From Podarcis bocagei (taxonomy: Eukaryota), in NCBI GenBank assembly GCA_964188305.1, contig OZ076899.1: DNA of 64,000 nucleotides; one strand, given 5' to 3'. Positions within the stretch are counted from its first letter, which is position 1. Each line of letters opens with the position of its first letter. Made by a program: the position numbers and the translations under genes. Positions 24,701 to 38,393 of the stretch are shown piece by piece. The notes beneath the pieces were generated by a model, which had not been told where the DNA came from, searched no databases, and saw only the letters and a program-made list of their open reading frames with translations.

Positions 24701-26065
24701 TCTCATTTGAACAATCGAAAGCATGATCAGTAGTACTCTGTATATATGTATATAGCTATACGGGAGGGAGAGGTCAACGTATCTTCACATGTTCATGATC
24801 AGACAAATGCTAACTCTGGTATGCGCATGTGCAAATGGAAGAGACAGAGAGAGCTGCAGTATATAAAATACACCTTATGACCACAAGAGATTAGAAAGCT
24901 GATATGGTGTTATTCCGATTGATTTTGCTGTTGTATTTATACCTGAAGGTAAAGAGCAGACACACTGGAAATCAATTGGCCCCGTCCTCTGTCCCCACTC
25001 CCTCTGCGGCACCGTTTGAATGAAATGCTTATATCATTTTTATGGTGTGTCTCTGATAGAGATGAGTGAGTCAAGAGATTAATAGGCACCACTGAGGTAT
25101 TTGCCCAGCAACTGCTCATCTCTGGCACCATAAAGCACATGGTTCTAGAGTTCAAGGTGCCCTCGAGGCGGCGGTTTGGGGACTTAGCTGGAAAAGCAGG
25201 AGGTGAATTCAGGGCAGAAGGAAGGGAGGAAGCAGAAACCTGACGTGTTGGGCTCTAGGCAGTGCAAACTACCTGAGAGATAATAGAACAGAGTCCTATA
25301 GATGATGCTGTTCAATGCATGACAGTGATGCAACTTTGACTGCAATAAAACTTGGAAATCCAACAAGAGATATTCATAGTAATTACCCTGGAATGGAACG
25401 AGTATAATAATTGGTAGATGATTCCACTACAGATTGAGCTGATGAATTCACTAGGGTGACTTAGTCATGCTGCAAGTGAAAGGCTGGCTTTGTTATGAGG
25501 ATGGGCTTTGACTGCAGAAAGGTGCAAGGTGAGAAATTAGGATTTAGTTTAAGGTTAGCTGCCTTAAACTAGGTCAGATTGTGCTTCTATCTGGGTGGGA
25601 AGCATTCCCTTGAGGGAAAGGGGCACATGGACCAGTGGTTGGCAGGGCCACAGCCATCACCTACACATGCTTACCTATGTGCTATAGAACCATGTGTGCA
25701 TACACTTGGGAGGCGGTAATGCTTCTGAATACCAGTTGCTGGAAACATCAGAAAGGGAGTGTTCTGCCAGTGGGTATCCCACAGGCATCTGTTTGACCAT
25801 TGTGAGAACAGGGTGCAAGGCTAGACGGACCATTGGTGGGATCCAGCAGCCCTCCTCATGGCCTAGCTCTCCTATTCATCCATAACCCCAAATTCACACC
25901 CTGCTCCTACACACCACTTGCAACAATGCAACTTGCTTGGCTTCCATGCTGTGCAATGAAAAAAGGGGTCCCTTTGGCAGAAGAGACTAAGTGGTGGAGC
26001 ACATGCTTTGCATGCAAACATTCCCCACCATCTCCAAGCAGGGCTGGGAAAGGATTTCTGCCTGA

Positions 26066-26343
26066 CAGCGATGTAGCTAGCCACTCAGGAGGAGGCAGTG
26101 ACTACAGGGGTCTGCCTGCTGCCTCCCCCTCAGCTGCAGGGTGGTTGGGGGGGAATGTGGTGGGTGGACGTGAGCCCCACGCTGCCCTTTCGGGTGGTGC
26201 AGTGCCTGCAGGTGCCTGAACCACCACGTCACACCCAGGAGAGACGCATGGCTCAGGCACACTGCAGGCCCCCTGGTAAGTGCTACCCCCTGGGTGAGTG
26301 GTACCCCACCCCCAGCCCCCTGCCTCCCCTAGCTATGCTCCTG
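26066..26343. mobile_element. hAT-type MITE nested in a tRNA-derived SINE
   Basis: Imperfect TIR CAGCGATGTAGCTAG / CTAGCTATGCTCCTG, perfect 8-bp TSD CTGCCTGA (26058-26065 / 26344-26351). Confidence 0.8.
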
Positions 26344-29300
26344 CTGCCTGAAACTCTGGAGAGCTGTTGTGAGTCTATGCAGGCAGTACTGATCTCCACA
26401 GACTGTATCTTAGGATAAGGCAACTCCCTGTCCTCTCGCCGCATGAAAACACAACAAACTGCCCCGCGGAGGGAGATTTTTTTCAATCAGCATCTTACTT
26501 TACTTCCCTGCTGCATGGTGAGAAAGGAGCTCCCTTTGTTTCTGCACAGCATGGAAACTCAGTCACACACCCTCTCACCCACTGCTGAACTGTAATTGCT
26601 AATCAGCCAAGCAGTGTGCAAGGGCAAGGGATGTATCACAGCCAAGGGAAGCTTATGCCTCCTTCCCACAGACTCCCTACCTCACATGCTTTTCAGCTGA
26701 TTGGATATCACAGCTCAGCAGCAAGGAAAAGAAGGCCAAGGTGAGAGCAGTGAGGCTTGGGAAGAGACTGATGAGCTAGATAGGGAGAGACCTGCAGGCA
26801 GCAACGCCAGAGTCTCAAGCAGGTATCTTTCACACCACTTGCTATCTGATCTTTTGAAACTTGAGATGCCACTGATTAAAGCTGGAACCCCCTGTTTGCT
26901 ACTGTAGAGCTGCTGATCTGTCATAGACCTATTGACCTATGATATGATCCCTGGTATCCAGTGAAAATGATACCTGGCAGCTGCCATGGCTCCATACCAG
27001 GTGTCTTCAGGTGCAAAGTCCTCCTGTGACAGTGACCCCAAGGAGGAGATTGATAAATTTCTGGATCCTCCCATGTGAATCTGCTGCATCAAATCCTTTT
27101 ACATCACTCTGCCAGTGGATTCTGTTGAATGGACCACAGTTTCACTGATGGCTGTCCCCACAGCTTAAAATGCCTCCTCCAATGAATAGCCAATGGCTGC
27201 AAATGAAAACAACCACATCCACAACACCGGCTCTTTAACTGGACAGTTGTAGCACTCACAGTTGGGGTTTCCATCTTGACTATCCAGCCCAGACTATAAA
27301 GCTCTACCAGTCGCTCCACAAATCTGCTGTGTGTTTTCTGCCTCAGCTACAGGGCCACCAGCTGTGGTCCTGAACAAGCACCTTGATCCCTATCCAAGGT
27401 CCTGAATGTGCCTTGCCTTGCTTGTCAGTGTTTGCATAACCCTTACGAACCATCAAAGGCCCTTATACTCTGTCTTGATTGCCAAGGGCACTTCTGGTGG
27501 TTCCCCATTGGCCAGGCTGCTAGGGATGATGGGAGTTGTATTTCAGCAACATCTGAAGGGCCAAAGGTTCCCCACTCCTGACCTATAGCAAGCTATCTTG
27601 TGCTTTGTTCATAGAGAGCCTGACATTTTGATGTTGGCTGAAACCGTTTCTAAGATTGCATGCCAAAATGAAGAGCAGAGAAACTTATGCACCCTGGGTA
27701 TCTTTGTGTAGCAATGAAGTTCACAGACTCTTGCATTCAGCAACGATGCAATGGAATGGCCATATGTCAAACCAGGGTCTGAATTGGCTGTCTAAGCAGC
27801 TAAAGGATGTGTAGGGAATAAATCTGGTTAATCTGGATATTTTCAGTTGAACAAATAGAGATCTTTATTATTTAGCCAAAGGCCATCACCAAGTCACACA
27901 ATGATACACTTTTTTAAATGGTTCATCACTCGAAAATTGATTAAAACAAACAAATAACTTAATCCATTGCAATGTCCAATATCTTTTACGATGGTCATAA
28001 TAAACTACGGTATAAGGCTTACTAGAAAGGAGAAAAGAGGATCTTTTCATTTACACCTTAATTCAGCAACAGAGTTTGACAGTCTCCTACTTGCTGGCAT
28101 TCTCCCCCAATCTTCATTATTGATTTGCCAATATGGCATTTGATTGGTACATATCTGCCTGCTGGTGCCTGCAAAGTACCAGTTCCTTTTTCTTCTGAAA
28201 CTAGTCTGGAAATAAGCATTCTATTGTAGCCAACAAATAGGTGACATTCTGTGCTTGGCTGTGATGAAGAGCCCTTCTCAATTTAGTGAGTTTGTACTAC
28301 CGGTTGTCCATACTGACACCAGCACTCCTCTAGGGGAATCCCAATAGGATATTTTCCAGGGTGGACAGAGAGTGGTTACCTCCATCTTTAGCTCACTGTC
28401 TGTCAATCTTCTTATGCCATCTACAACAAAGATATCAAAGGGTGGTGAGAAAATGAGGGGGGGAAACAAAGATTAAAGGCACAAGAGACAATGCTAATTT
28501 CTACCTGCCTCTCCATTCGGACTGGAGGCTTGTAAGGCAGGAGGCCAACATTAGATGGAGCCAGAGTCAATGACAAGTGAAGCCAACTAATTTTCATTTT
28601 GTCTCCAAAAGCAAAACACTACAAGTGGAACACTGAGACTAAGGAGAAGGAAGCTGACAGGCAGGGTCAACCTCTGGATAGGTTATAAGAAGGAAGACAG
28701 ACAGGTTTGAGGCTGGTGGAGGAAAGACTGAGAAATGGTGAGGTGATACCCTGTTTGCCCTTATGAACCCTTCCCTTCTCACAGCAGAAAAGAGGGAGCA
28801 GAAGCCACCCTGTTATTGGAGAAGTGTCCTTTTGTACTTGGAAGGGAGGAGGAAAAAAGAGTTGTTGGCCATCCTCCTCCAGTTGAGTCCTTCCAAGAAA
28901 GCCATTGGTGTCTCCAGTCGGGTCTCTGGCTTTCAGATAAGCAAGTGGAAGCTTGGCTTCTGGCCCAAGTCTGCCAATAAAAATTAAGAAATTGATTTCC
29001 CTTTGTTTGCCTGACAGGATGAAGGCTCTTTTTATGAGATAGTAAATGCAATCCATCTCTGAGCACAGCCAGATTTTTAATTGTATTTGTTGTGCTTTCA
29101 CTTACTCTGTTTTATGAGTTGCAGTTTCTATCCTTGCTGCCTTAGAAAGCTCACCCTTGAGGAATGAGAGAGGGCTTGATTTCAAAACAGCAAAAGGTTG
29201 GGATTTAACAAGAGCTGATGGCTGAGTCAAAGGCTTTTTATTTTTGTCAATGAACTATTTGCCTTTTAACCAATGGATAGATTACTTAGTTGACAGCATG

Positions 29301-29847
29301 GAAATAATTTTGGACATTTGTGGAAATGCCATATGTATTATTTGTAGATGATGAGCTAAGCATTGCCATTTGATGAATGGAATTTATCACTTATTCTCTG
29401 AAGGGAAAGCCTTCTGTATCATTTAATTTCCCAGTCTCTATTAGACAAACACACTGGAACTAAAGAAGCCCCCAAAAGATGGAGAAATGTGCCCTTAACT
29501 CAGAAAACTCCCTGTTAAAATTTGACCTTCTGGAGCAAAGCGACATATAAGAGCCAGGGAAGGCTGGTGGTTTGGAAACAGCCTTGGGGCAAATTATGAA
29601 ATGATAGGAGAAGTGGTAGAAATGTTGTATACTGATTTGCTGGAAATATTGTATATGGATTTGTTCCCATTTTGAAGAAAAGCAGCACATACCATTCAAT
29701 ACATAGAAATAGATATGCACACACATTCATAGAAACAAGGGAAGTTGCCTTATACTGACTCATATCATTGGCTGATCACTGCAGCATTGCCTACACTGAC
29801 TGGCAGAAGCTCTCCAGGTTTCAAACAGGGGTCTCTCCCCAGATATT

Positions 29848-30322
29848 GTCAGGCTCAGGGAATTGGATCCCTCCCATGGTGGCAGCCCAGAATCAGAGAA
29901 ACGATAAAAGTTCTTACCAAGCAATTTATTCAATAATTTACAGAGAACAATGAAGGAATACAGCCTTCCTAATAATGGTGTTGCTCCAAGTGAAGTCCCA
30001 TCCCCTTACATCTCCCCTATTCGACATTACTCCTGCATTGGTTAATCTGAGCTTTCTGTCTCTGAGTTATCCATTCTAATACCCTCAATGCTTGCCTGGT
30101 TCTGGGGGGGGGGGCAGGAATATGCTTTCCAAGGGCACTGAGTCTGTCAGCTGTCTCTCCCCTGGTGCTTCTCCTCCTTCCTGCTGCCACCCCCAGTTTC
30201 TCCACTCTGCAGCCTCTGAACTATGCCCTTCTGCAAACCACTGTTCTAAATCTATACAGTCCTCCTGTTCTTAGGAAGAGGAGGGCGGCCCCTAACATTC
30301 CTCTTCAGTCCAGTCCCTGACA
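29848..30322 (-). mobile_element. Solo LTR, TGTCAGG...CCTGACA family
   Basis: Perfect TGTCAGG/CCTGACA ends, perfect 5-bp TSD GATAT (29843-29847 / 30323-30327). Lies within a tRNA-SINE (~29725-30498). Confidence 0.88.
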
Positions 30323-30655
30323 GATATTTATTTTGGCAATTTATATACCACTGGATTTATAGTCATCTGTACAGGTGTACAGAAATCTCAAGACAATAGA
30401 GCTTAAAAGAGTTAAAACTGAATTTATATGGAGATGCCAGGGATTGAACCTGGGACCTTCTGCATGCAATGTAGTTGTCCTACCACTGAGCTTTGGCTCC
30501 CCCCCCCAAAAAAAAAAATTGCTTATAATTGCACTATACTGAAAGTAGGGGTGCTTTAGGATGAGCACAATCATACCACCTTGATGTTTAAGGTTGGAGG
30601 GTTAGGTTGGCACATAGGTGGCACAACACTCTCATTTGTTTTTGCCACAAGAGGC

Positions 30656-31078
30656 TGGGGATAGGGGAACAACTCAGTTTCCATTTAAAGGTGAATCCAC
30701 CTAATTTCCAAAACAATCTGCAAACCAAAACTCAACCACCCTTTGAAATTCACACTTTGCCAGACTTTGCAAAGAAGGTCTACTGCCAGGTGATTTGTTA
30801 GGGGGGAAAATCCATATGCTACAGAAAAATGTGCATATAAATGTATATATTTGTGGTGGGGGGAGCGAAACAAAATGCACCGTAGCAGGGGAAATTGTGC
30901 AACAAAAATGTGTATATTAGGCAAAACTGCTTAGACAAATGTCCATAGCAGGAGAAATGCAGGTGAATTTTCATGAGGTTTTTTTTAATAACAAACTGAT
31001 GTGGAAATATGGGGAACTGAACTTATGATTGAGGGGGGGGGTGAGAGAAATCAAAACTGACCTATTCCCCCATCCCTA
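30656..31078. mobile_element. hAT-type MITE (TAGGGATG TIR family)
   Basis: Ends TGGGGATAGG...CCCATCCCTA, perfect 8-bp TSD CAAGAGGC. Related degenerate copies at about 1-275, 15860-16155, 18200-18360, 56755-57000 and 60470-60680. Confidence 0.8.
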
Positions 31079-31786
31079 CAAGAGGCTAACAGCTGTTCCT
31101 GTGGAAGGCTGTTCTTTCTGCTGCTAGGTTTTTGGTGTGTGTTGGATCTATATGTTTTTATTGACTTAATTTTGCTGTTTTGAAATGCAAGTTAGACAGG
31201 AGAAGGGTGGGGGAGCCATAGCTTAAATAAATACATAAATAACCTATAGTTCTACCCTGTGGGATGGAGAGGGAGAGGGAGAGAGAAAGGCATACAAATT
31301 CAGCCAGTGAATTAGAATCTCTGCTTGGCTTTCATTGATCCATGGCATTGATGCAGACACCCAGACCTGCCCCTGGCTGGATGAATGATGCTAAAAATCA
31401 GCCAGTGTGATGGAATGGTAAACAGGGTTACAGAGCACCAGTAGGAGCTCCTTAGAGATGAGTTAGCTAGGGGAGAGGGAAGCGAGTTGTAGGATTGCGT
31501 GAGGGCAGCTGATGCTAAAGGAGAGAGTCGGGAAGATTGTCAGAGCACATGAGGAGTGCGGTGGCAGAGGGGGCTATTGGAGGGAGGCTTTCAGAAACAT
31601 CTGCTCCCAAGAGGATTCCAACCGTGTGGATCACCTGGATTTGCAGGAGATAGGTGTCAAAAACTGAGACAGAGATTGACACTTCCTGTCAGGGCGCTTG
31701 TCAGCTCAGCTGAGTGCAAACTCTCTGGCAATGAGAAGTAGTCCAGCTTAAGCTGTTTCTGATAGTCTTTCATTGTGTTTCTTTGT

Positions 31787-31790
<4 letters not shown>

Positions 31791-31850
<60 letters not shown>

Positions 31851-31862
31851 TGTATGTGTGTG
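31791..31862. repeat. (TC)n(TG)n compound microsatellite
   Basis: Direct observation. Confidence 0.95.
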
Positions 31863-32042
31863 TTATCTCAGGGATGTGGAACCACAGGCCTGTGAACCAA
31901 ATGTGGTCTTCCAGCCCCCTTTAAATGGCTTCCAGGACTCTGGCTCTGCTCTTCACCTTCCTTCGGTGTTTTCTTTGCCCACAGCTAGAATGTATCTCCG
32001 AACTGTGAAAATATCTCTTGTTTGCCTGGGTTTGGGCTGCAG

Positions 32043-32045
<3 letters not shown>

Positions 32046-32130
<85 letters not shown>
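32046..32130. repeat. (TC)n(TG)n compound microsatellite
   Basis: Direct observation. Confidence 0.95.
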
Positions 32131-32135
<5 letters not shown>

Positions 32136-32181
32136 AAACCTTTGGCTTTTGTGTTACTGGAATTTAGCCTACTGTGCACAA

Positions 32182-32327
32182 GGTGGCATCAGTCAGCAGA
32201 GCATGGGACTCTTAATCTCGGGCTCATGAGTTTGAGTCCCACATTGGGCAAACGATTCCTGCATTTCAAGGGGTTGGACTAGATGACCTTTGTTTCCCCT
32301 TCCAACACTACAATTCCATTCTCTATG
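32182..32327 (+). mobile_element. SINE with tRNA-Lys-like head and CR1 3' tail
   Basis: AGAGCATGGGACTCTTAATCTC...GAGTTTGAGTCCCACATTGGGC (tRNA-Lys-like) fused to GGGGTTGGACTAGATGACC...TTCCAAC, the same tail as the CR1 end at 19795-19855. Confidence 0.7.
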
Positions 32328-34319
32328 TGCAAATATAAGAGACAAGGCTACCCACTTTTGACCCAGTCCCATTGACCACTAGATGTTTCTCCCTCCTCGG
32401 ACACTGCCTATAAAAGAATGTGGGCCTTGGTATACTAAAGGTTGTCTACCCTAGATTTATCTAGTTCTGTTATGGGGAACCTTTGGCTCTCCAGATGTTG
32501 CTGAATTACAACTTCCATCACCCCTGAGTTGCAACTCCCTTCAGCCACAGTCAGTCAGCCATGGGTTAGGGATGATTGAAGTGGCAGTCCAGCAACATCT
32601 GTGGTTGTGGATCCCTCCCATGGACTGGGTTATTCCATTGGGAATGTGGGTTTGGAACATACAGACTCCATATGTCCCAGCTTTTCAGTGTCCTTATCTG
32701 CTGGACTGTGGCTGTGATCAGGCCTGGTATGGGTTATCCTCTGGTGCCACAGGACTCATAGATAGGGGTGGCCTCTCTGAGTTGGAATTGGGGTTCAGAC
32801 TGCTACCCGTGTTGGGGACCCTGACAAGTGCCTCCAGCACCACTAAACTAATACATCTGGTCATCACCTCCATGTCCAAATCAGAGCATCAGAGCCCAGA
32901 CTATTGCTCTGGGCAGAAGTCCTAAAAAAACCTCCCACCCATGCATCCCTGAGTCTTCCTTCACGTTTATCCATCTGTGAACCTTTACCCACCTGCCTGA
33001 TTACCTTGCAACTACAGTGGCAGAAGGAAGGCGACTCTCTCTCTAAAGTCCTCTAATTCCTGGCACCACTAAGGCAAGCACTAGTGTGATGGGGTCTGTG
33101 TGACAGGTCACCAGCCTTGACTTTTGGATCAGCAGGAGCAAACAAGGTACATTGGGAGGAGTGGGTTGGTGATTTGCAGGTCAGGAGATTGGAGGCAAAC
33201 ATGTCATTCATGTCGGTGTAAAGGAAGAATTGAGTTCTTCTCTGGCTCAGATTGAAATTTGGGGCACAGAAGAACTGAAGGAGAAGATAATGTGCTCCTT
33301 GTCTTGGAGGCCACCTTTAAGAGTCCCATGAAAATGTCAATACAGACTCCCCCTTCATCACAACTCATTGCCTGCTGGCATGATCAGTGTTTTGCAAGTC
33401 TATAATGAAAGCTTGCTTAGTTTGGAAACAGCTTGTTTCCTCCTTACTTGTGGAGAAAACAGGAGCATCATAAGGATTATCAGTGCAATCTTGTGGCAGG
33501 GATCAGTTTCCTCGGCATGCTGTCTGCCATTAATGTCTTTGGTGCTGACTGCAACTTAGGCCAAGAAGCAGTGACAGAACAGAACAACACAAACCTGTCA
33601 AACTGAGTTTACAATGAGTGTGTGTGTGTGTGTGTGTGTGTGTAGTAAAGACTTCTTCCTAGCAAGTAAAACACCTGTCAGGGCTGCCAGGAGTCCTGCT
33701 AATTACACAGCAACTTTATTATGTCCCACTTGGAAGAACAAACAATACTTGAAGTCTTGAAAAATGAACAGGCTTCCCCCTCCTTTTTTTAATAATAAAA
33801 AAACAGATTAATGCATTCAGAGCGTGCATTCTCTGGATGCTCTCTGAAGCACCAAGAGACTCGAATGACTTGAAGAATCTCCTCTTTGTTACTCGTGTTC
33901 CATAATAAAGTAATTGTGCAATTAGAAATAGATTAGCGACAGGAGAGAGATCTCCCCCCTCCTTCGCTGGCTCAGGTAAAAGACAGGCTTTTTGAATGCA
34001 TTTGAAGTGTGCTTGCAGCAGCTTTTCCTCATCTTGCATTGACCTTCTGTTAGCCCCTGGCAGCTTCGACAAAACAGAAGAGAAACTTCTCTAAGCGCAG
34101 ATTTTTCTTCCCTCTGTTATATGAATAAATTTGCTGCTCTTTGATTAGGACGCTGAGGAGTGTGTCGATTTTTCTTCTACTACTTCTGAGCTCAGTGATA
34201 GATTCCTGTGTTTTCTCCTTACACCATTGGTTGCCAGTGTGGCACCCGCATGCGCCAGTGTTCCTTCCTGCACCCACGAAAGCTCTCAGTAATTTTTTTT
34301 AAATTGCATTTCGTATCCC

Positions 34320-34505
34320 ACCTTTTTATCCAAGCAACTAAAAGTGTCATACATAGTCCCCCCCACACCTTCTCACTGAATACCATAACAGTCCTGTGAG
34401 GTAGGCTAGGCTAAGAGGCAGTGGCTGCTCCAAGGTCACCCAGTGAGCTTCATGGCTGAGTGGGAATTTTGAAGTCTGGTCTCCCAGGTCCTAGTCCGAC
34501 ACTCC
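34320..34505 (-). mobile_element. Old degenerate CORE-SINE (MIR/Squam3-like)
   Basis: CTGTGAGGTAGG...CCAAGGTCACCCAG...GTCTCCCAGGTCCTAGTCC. Similar old copies at ~42700-42900 and ~55860-56020. Confidence 0.6.
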
Positions 34506-35005
34506 AATATCTCCTCAAAAGACCACAAGGCCTGAGAGGCACTATGTTCTTCCTGCTCCGTACCAGTTTGTACTGGCTCAGCCTCCTGCAGTGGACAGTC
34601 CCCTTTCAACATGACCACATGTCTTGGGATGCAAACATTTGGCACCCACTCATGTTGGAGAGGTACAAAGAGCTTCTCTTTGTGAGCAGGTGTAGTGATG
34701 ATGGCTGATGTAGATGCCTTTCCCCCCACTGATGGCATAGTGGATGCTAGGGGAAGAGCATGCCCACTCCGCTTTTAGGAAACTTATATAATCTCTTAAA
34801 GGCATTGAGAAACTGAACCAAATCCAGTAGGTCACAGGTTGAAAATGCAAGCAAACAGATAGTTCTGAGGCATGCAGAAAACTCATAAAACAGGATGCAG
34901 TCCCCTGTAATGACTGGCTCCGAAATGAACCACCCTGAAAGGATATCAGAGAAATTGGGAACATACTCTTCTGTTTTCTTCATGGCTTACTGTGTTTGTT
35001 TCTAG

Positions 35006-35194
35006 GTCCTGTGGCTGTGATCAGTGGGGAAGAAGATTCTGCCAGCCCCCTTCATCACATCAATCATGGCATCACCACACCTTCGTCGTTGGACGCTGGC
35101 CCGGACACAGTGGTGATTGGCATGACCCGTATCCCTGTCATTGAGAACCCACAATACTTCCGTCAAGGTCACAATTGCCACAAGCCAGACACAT
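35006..35194 (+). CDS. NTRK3: NTRK3 (TrkC) internal coding exon, juxtamembrane region with NPQY Shc/FRS2-binding motif (equivalent to human exon 14)
   Basis: Translates (G)[62 protein letters not shown], which I recognise as TrkC. Acceptor tgtttgtttctAG|GT (AG at 35004-35005), donor ACAT|GTAAGT at 35195. 189 bp, phase 1-1. Confidence 0.97.
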
Positions 35195-38100
35195 GTAAGT
35201 GTGCTTTCAATGTTTGCCTATGTATGATGAGGTGAAGACAGGGTGAGCAAGCCAGGGGAAAGTGAATTGAGGAGTATGAAATGAAGATGCATCAGGGGCA
35301 GAGAGGGTGGAGAGCGGGTCTTGTATGGTCCAGAAACCAGAAGTGAATCTTGTGCCCCCAAAATCACAACATACACCATCCACCTAATCACTTCCTCTAG
35401 ACATGACACCAAATTTTGAGAATCTCATCTGCCTTTGAGCATTATATAGAAGACTTCCATGAAAAGAGGAAGGTAAATAAAGGATATGGTGCCATGAGAA
35501 GCTTCCACCTTTCACTTTCTATAGGCTTCTCCATGGTTGTGGCACCAGGACTGTCCTATTAAACAGCAGACACCGCCTAGAGAGGGGGAAGAGACCATTA
35601 GTCAATACATTTCCTGTGCTATGATTGTGTATAGAGATACAAAGGCAAGAAGTGAACCACTGGCAATAGCAAAATCGGTAATGAACGCTTATATATACCT
35701 GGACAGAGGATGAGGCTTCATATTGTGCTGACAGTGCAGAGAGTCCAAAATAGCTTGAAAGAACTAGTTTCTGAAACACTATTCACAGTTGGCACAGACT
35801 CTAATCTTAAAGACTGCTGAAACAAAGAACTGGAGCAGAGTGCCTGTGATCTGCAAGTATTTGAGCAACTTGCAGGTTTCCAGTAGGGCGATGCCCATGT
35901 TTCACTATTCTGCCTAACACAGAGCTTTTTGAAAGATTGCTCCAGATGTGGCTGAACTACAACTCCTATCATCACTGATCATTGACTGTGCTGCATAACA
36001 GAACAGGAGTCCCCCACCACTTGTAGGGCCAAACGTGATCTACAGCAACCTATTTTATGTTGGCATTACTGTATGGGGCCAAGTAACATTATCCAGTTTG
36101 CAAAGCCCTTTTGTTATTAAACCAGCTGACATGTTCATAGGGACATTACCGAAACATTCTTTGCCAGTGGTTTGCTTCTTGCCCCGTGACTCTTGTGGGA
36201 TTGCTCCTTTTTTTAATCCCAGTGAACACTGAACTCCTTCCGTTAAAATCAAGAACATCACTGGGAAATAACTCATCCTTTCCAGTTTGTCGGGGGCCCT
36301 TGTAAGAGCATCTAAGGTTGGTTGAGACATATCCTCAGCTCTGTAGATTTTCCAGAATGGCTCCAAACCAAACCATATGAAAGGTCCCACCACTTCTTCC
36401 CCACCCGTGTCATACGCTTCCCATCCATGCGCTTTGGCATCGTCTATGTTTCCTGCATCTAGTCAGGACTATGGAAGAAAACAAATCTCACCCTGTACAT
36501 GGAGGTGGGGAGTCTCAGAGGTTCAGTGGGAAAGCTCCTTGCCAATGGCTTTTCAGCTGCGCCTTCACTGTTCTATAGCTTCAAAGAGTGTGGCTTGGAA
36601 AATGCATGCTTAGGATTCTACTAGGCCAGAAGATTTAAAACTTATTAATAGACTATGCATCACAACTCTGTACATGTCTGTTCAGAAGCACGACCAGTTG
36701 AATTTAATGGGATTTACTCCCAGGTAAGTTTTTATAGGGTTGCATCCTTAGTTGGTTTAACCAGCAGATCTAATTATCATTAGGACTGTTCCAAATATTT
36801 ATCATATTAGGTGTTCAAAGGTAAAAAAATAGTAATTGCATAATGGGGACACACACACATACGCAAAGACCTTAGTTTCATCTTTGTGTAATCCTCTTTC
36901 ATGCCATTGTTACCCCTCAGTGCAACTGCATTAGTATCATCTCAACACCACCACTGACACACACCCTTCACCCTTCTTCCTCTTTCTGAACTAATGGCAT
37001 GGGCCATTCCAGCCAATTAGAGATCCTGTTGTGAATGGCAGAAAACTTCACTTTACTTTGATCAGTCAGATCCGGCTGCATGACGACATCACTGATGGCA
37101 AGTGAGGGCAATTTAAACAGAAAAGCCAACGCTTTCACAGAGAGTGTCAGAAAATCACTAATAGGCAGAAACATGCTTCAGTGCTGCTTAAAATGTTTGG
37201 GGGGGGAATGGGGTGCAGTTTCAGTTTTGCCCTGATTATAATTGGGGGATCAATTTTCATCAGAGGGGCTGGAAGATAAGGCCTGAGGCTATTCTGGTTT
37301 AGGTTTGCTTCTGTAATAAGGAATGAAAAAGAAAGTCTGAATGACAGCCTTTCCTTCTAAAACAACATGTGGTAACTTTTGTGTAAATTCTGTCACCCTT
37401 CAGCATCTCAGAAAGGCACATGAATTGAGATTTTTTTCTTGTAATAATCAACTAAAAATGCTTTAATCAGCTTGATAGCCCTACCTTTGAGATTCCATGT
37501 ATTACTAGGCAATGTCAATGCCTTACTCCTGTGTGTGTCCATCAGCCAGCCCAGAATAGTTTATTGTCTCCTTTTGTAACTAAGGACGAGTTTGCACATT
37601 CAACAAAATCAAATGTTAAAGCCATCCCTGAACTTCAGACTACAGGCTTGGGTTTATGTATTCAGATGCCTTTACTGACCTTAGCTTGAGTAACACCAAG
37701 GACAATGAAGAGGAGAATTTGAAGGCATTTACATTCTAGGTACCAGGGAATGTGAACTACATATATATGCCTCCCACTCACATTGTTATAGTTGGCAGCA
37801 CTGCCAGGGCAAGCCAGAGTGGGAAGGAGCAGGGATGGGGCAGGTCATTCTTCTTCATTTTGGATTATGGTCCGAGTTGGAGAAGAAGTTTGTGGTGGCT
37901 CAGGAGATTGGTTCAGCATCTGACCTTGAATTCTGAGAAAAGCAAATTAATATCTCAAACCATCGCTACCACCAGTTCAAATCTGAGTGGCATCATTACA
38001 CATCACAACTATTCACATGCAAATGTGCCAGAGTATGACCCTCTCCATCCTTTCCCAAGGTGCCCCTGTTAAGTTTACCAAAGAGCTCCTTTCTAGAGAG

Positions 38101-38393
38101 CATCATTACAGTTTCACTGAGCATGTTCCTCCTTCTGGGAGGGAAAACAATGCAAGTACATATAGCTGGATGTGTGAACATATTTGAAACATGGCATTCC
38201 CTATCCCCCATCCCAAACAACGCACATTAGTTGGACTCAACAATATTTGCCTTGGAGGTTTCTATCCTAAATATGCGGGGAGGGGGAGTCTCTGGAACAT
38301 GCATTCTATCATCCTTCTCAGGCCCAATTTATACTCTACTTTGATGTAAATAGGCAGGGAATTCCAAAGTACAGGTGCTGCCACACTAAAAGA

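Larger units (their letters stand above)
1..35005 (+). other. NTRK3: Inferred NTRK3 intron upstream of the juxtamembrane exon (partial)
   Basis: The transmembrane exon (ending ...KFGMK) and any other recognisable coding exon were not found upstream. NTRK3 introns at this position are known to be very large. Confidence 0.75.

Noticed and set aside
32182-32250. tRNA-like sequences here and in other SINE heads
   Set aside because: The cloverleafs are degenerate and fused to LINE-derived tails, so these are SINEs and not tRNA genes.
34996-35235. 79-aa ORF as a stand-alone gene
   Set aside because: It is the NTRK3 exon plus intronic sequence; the splice sites define 35006-35194.
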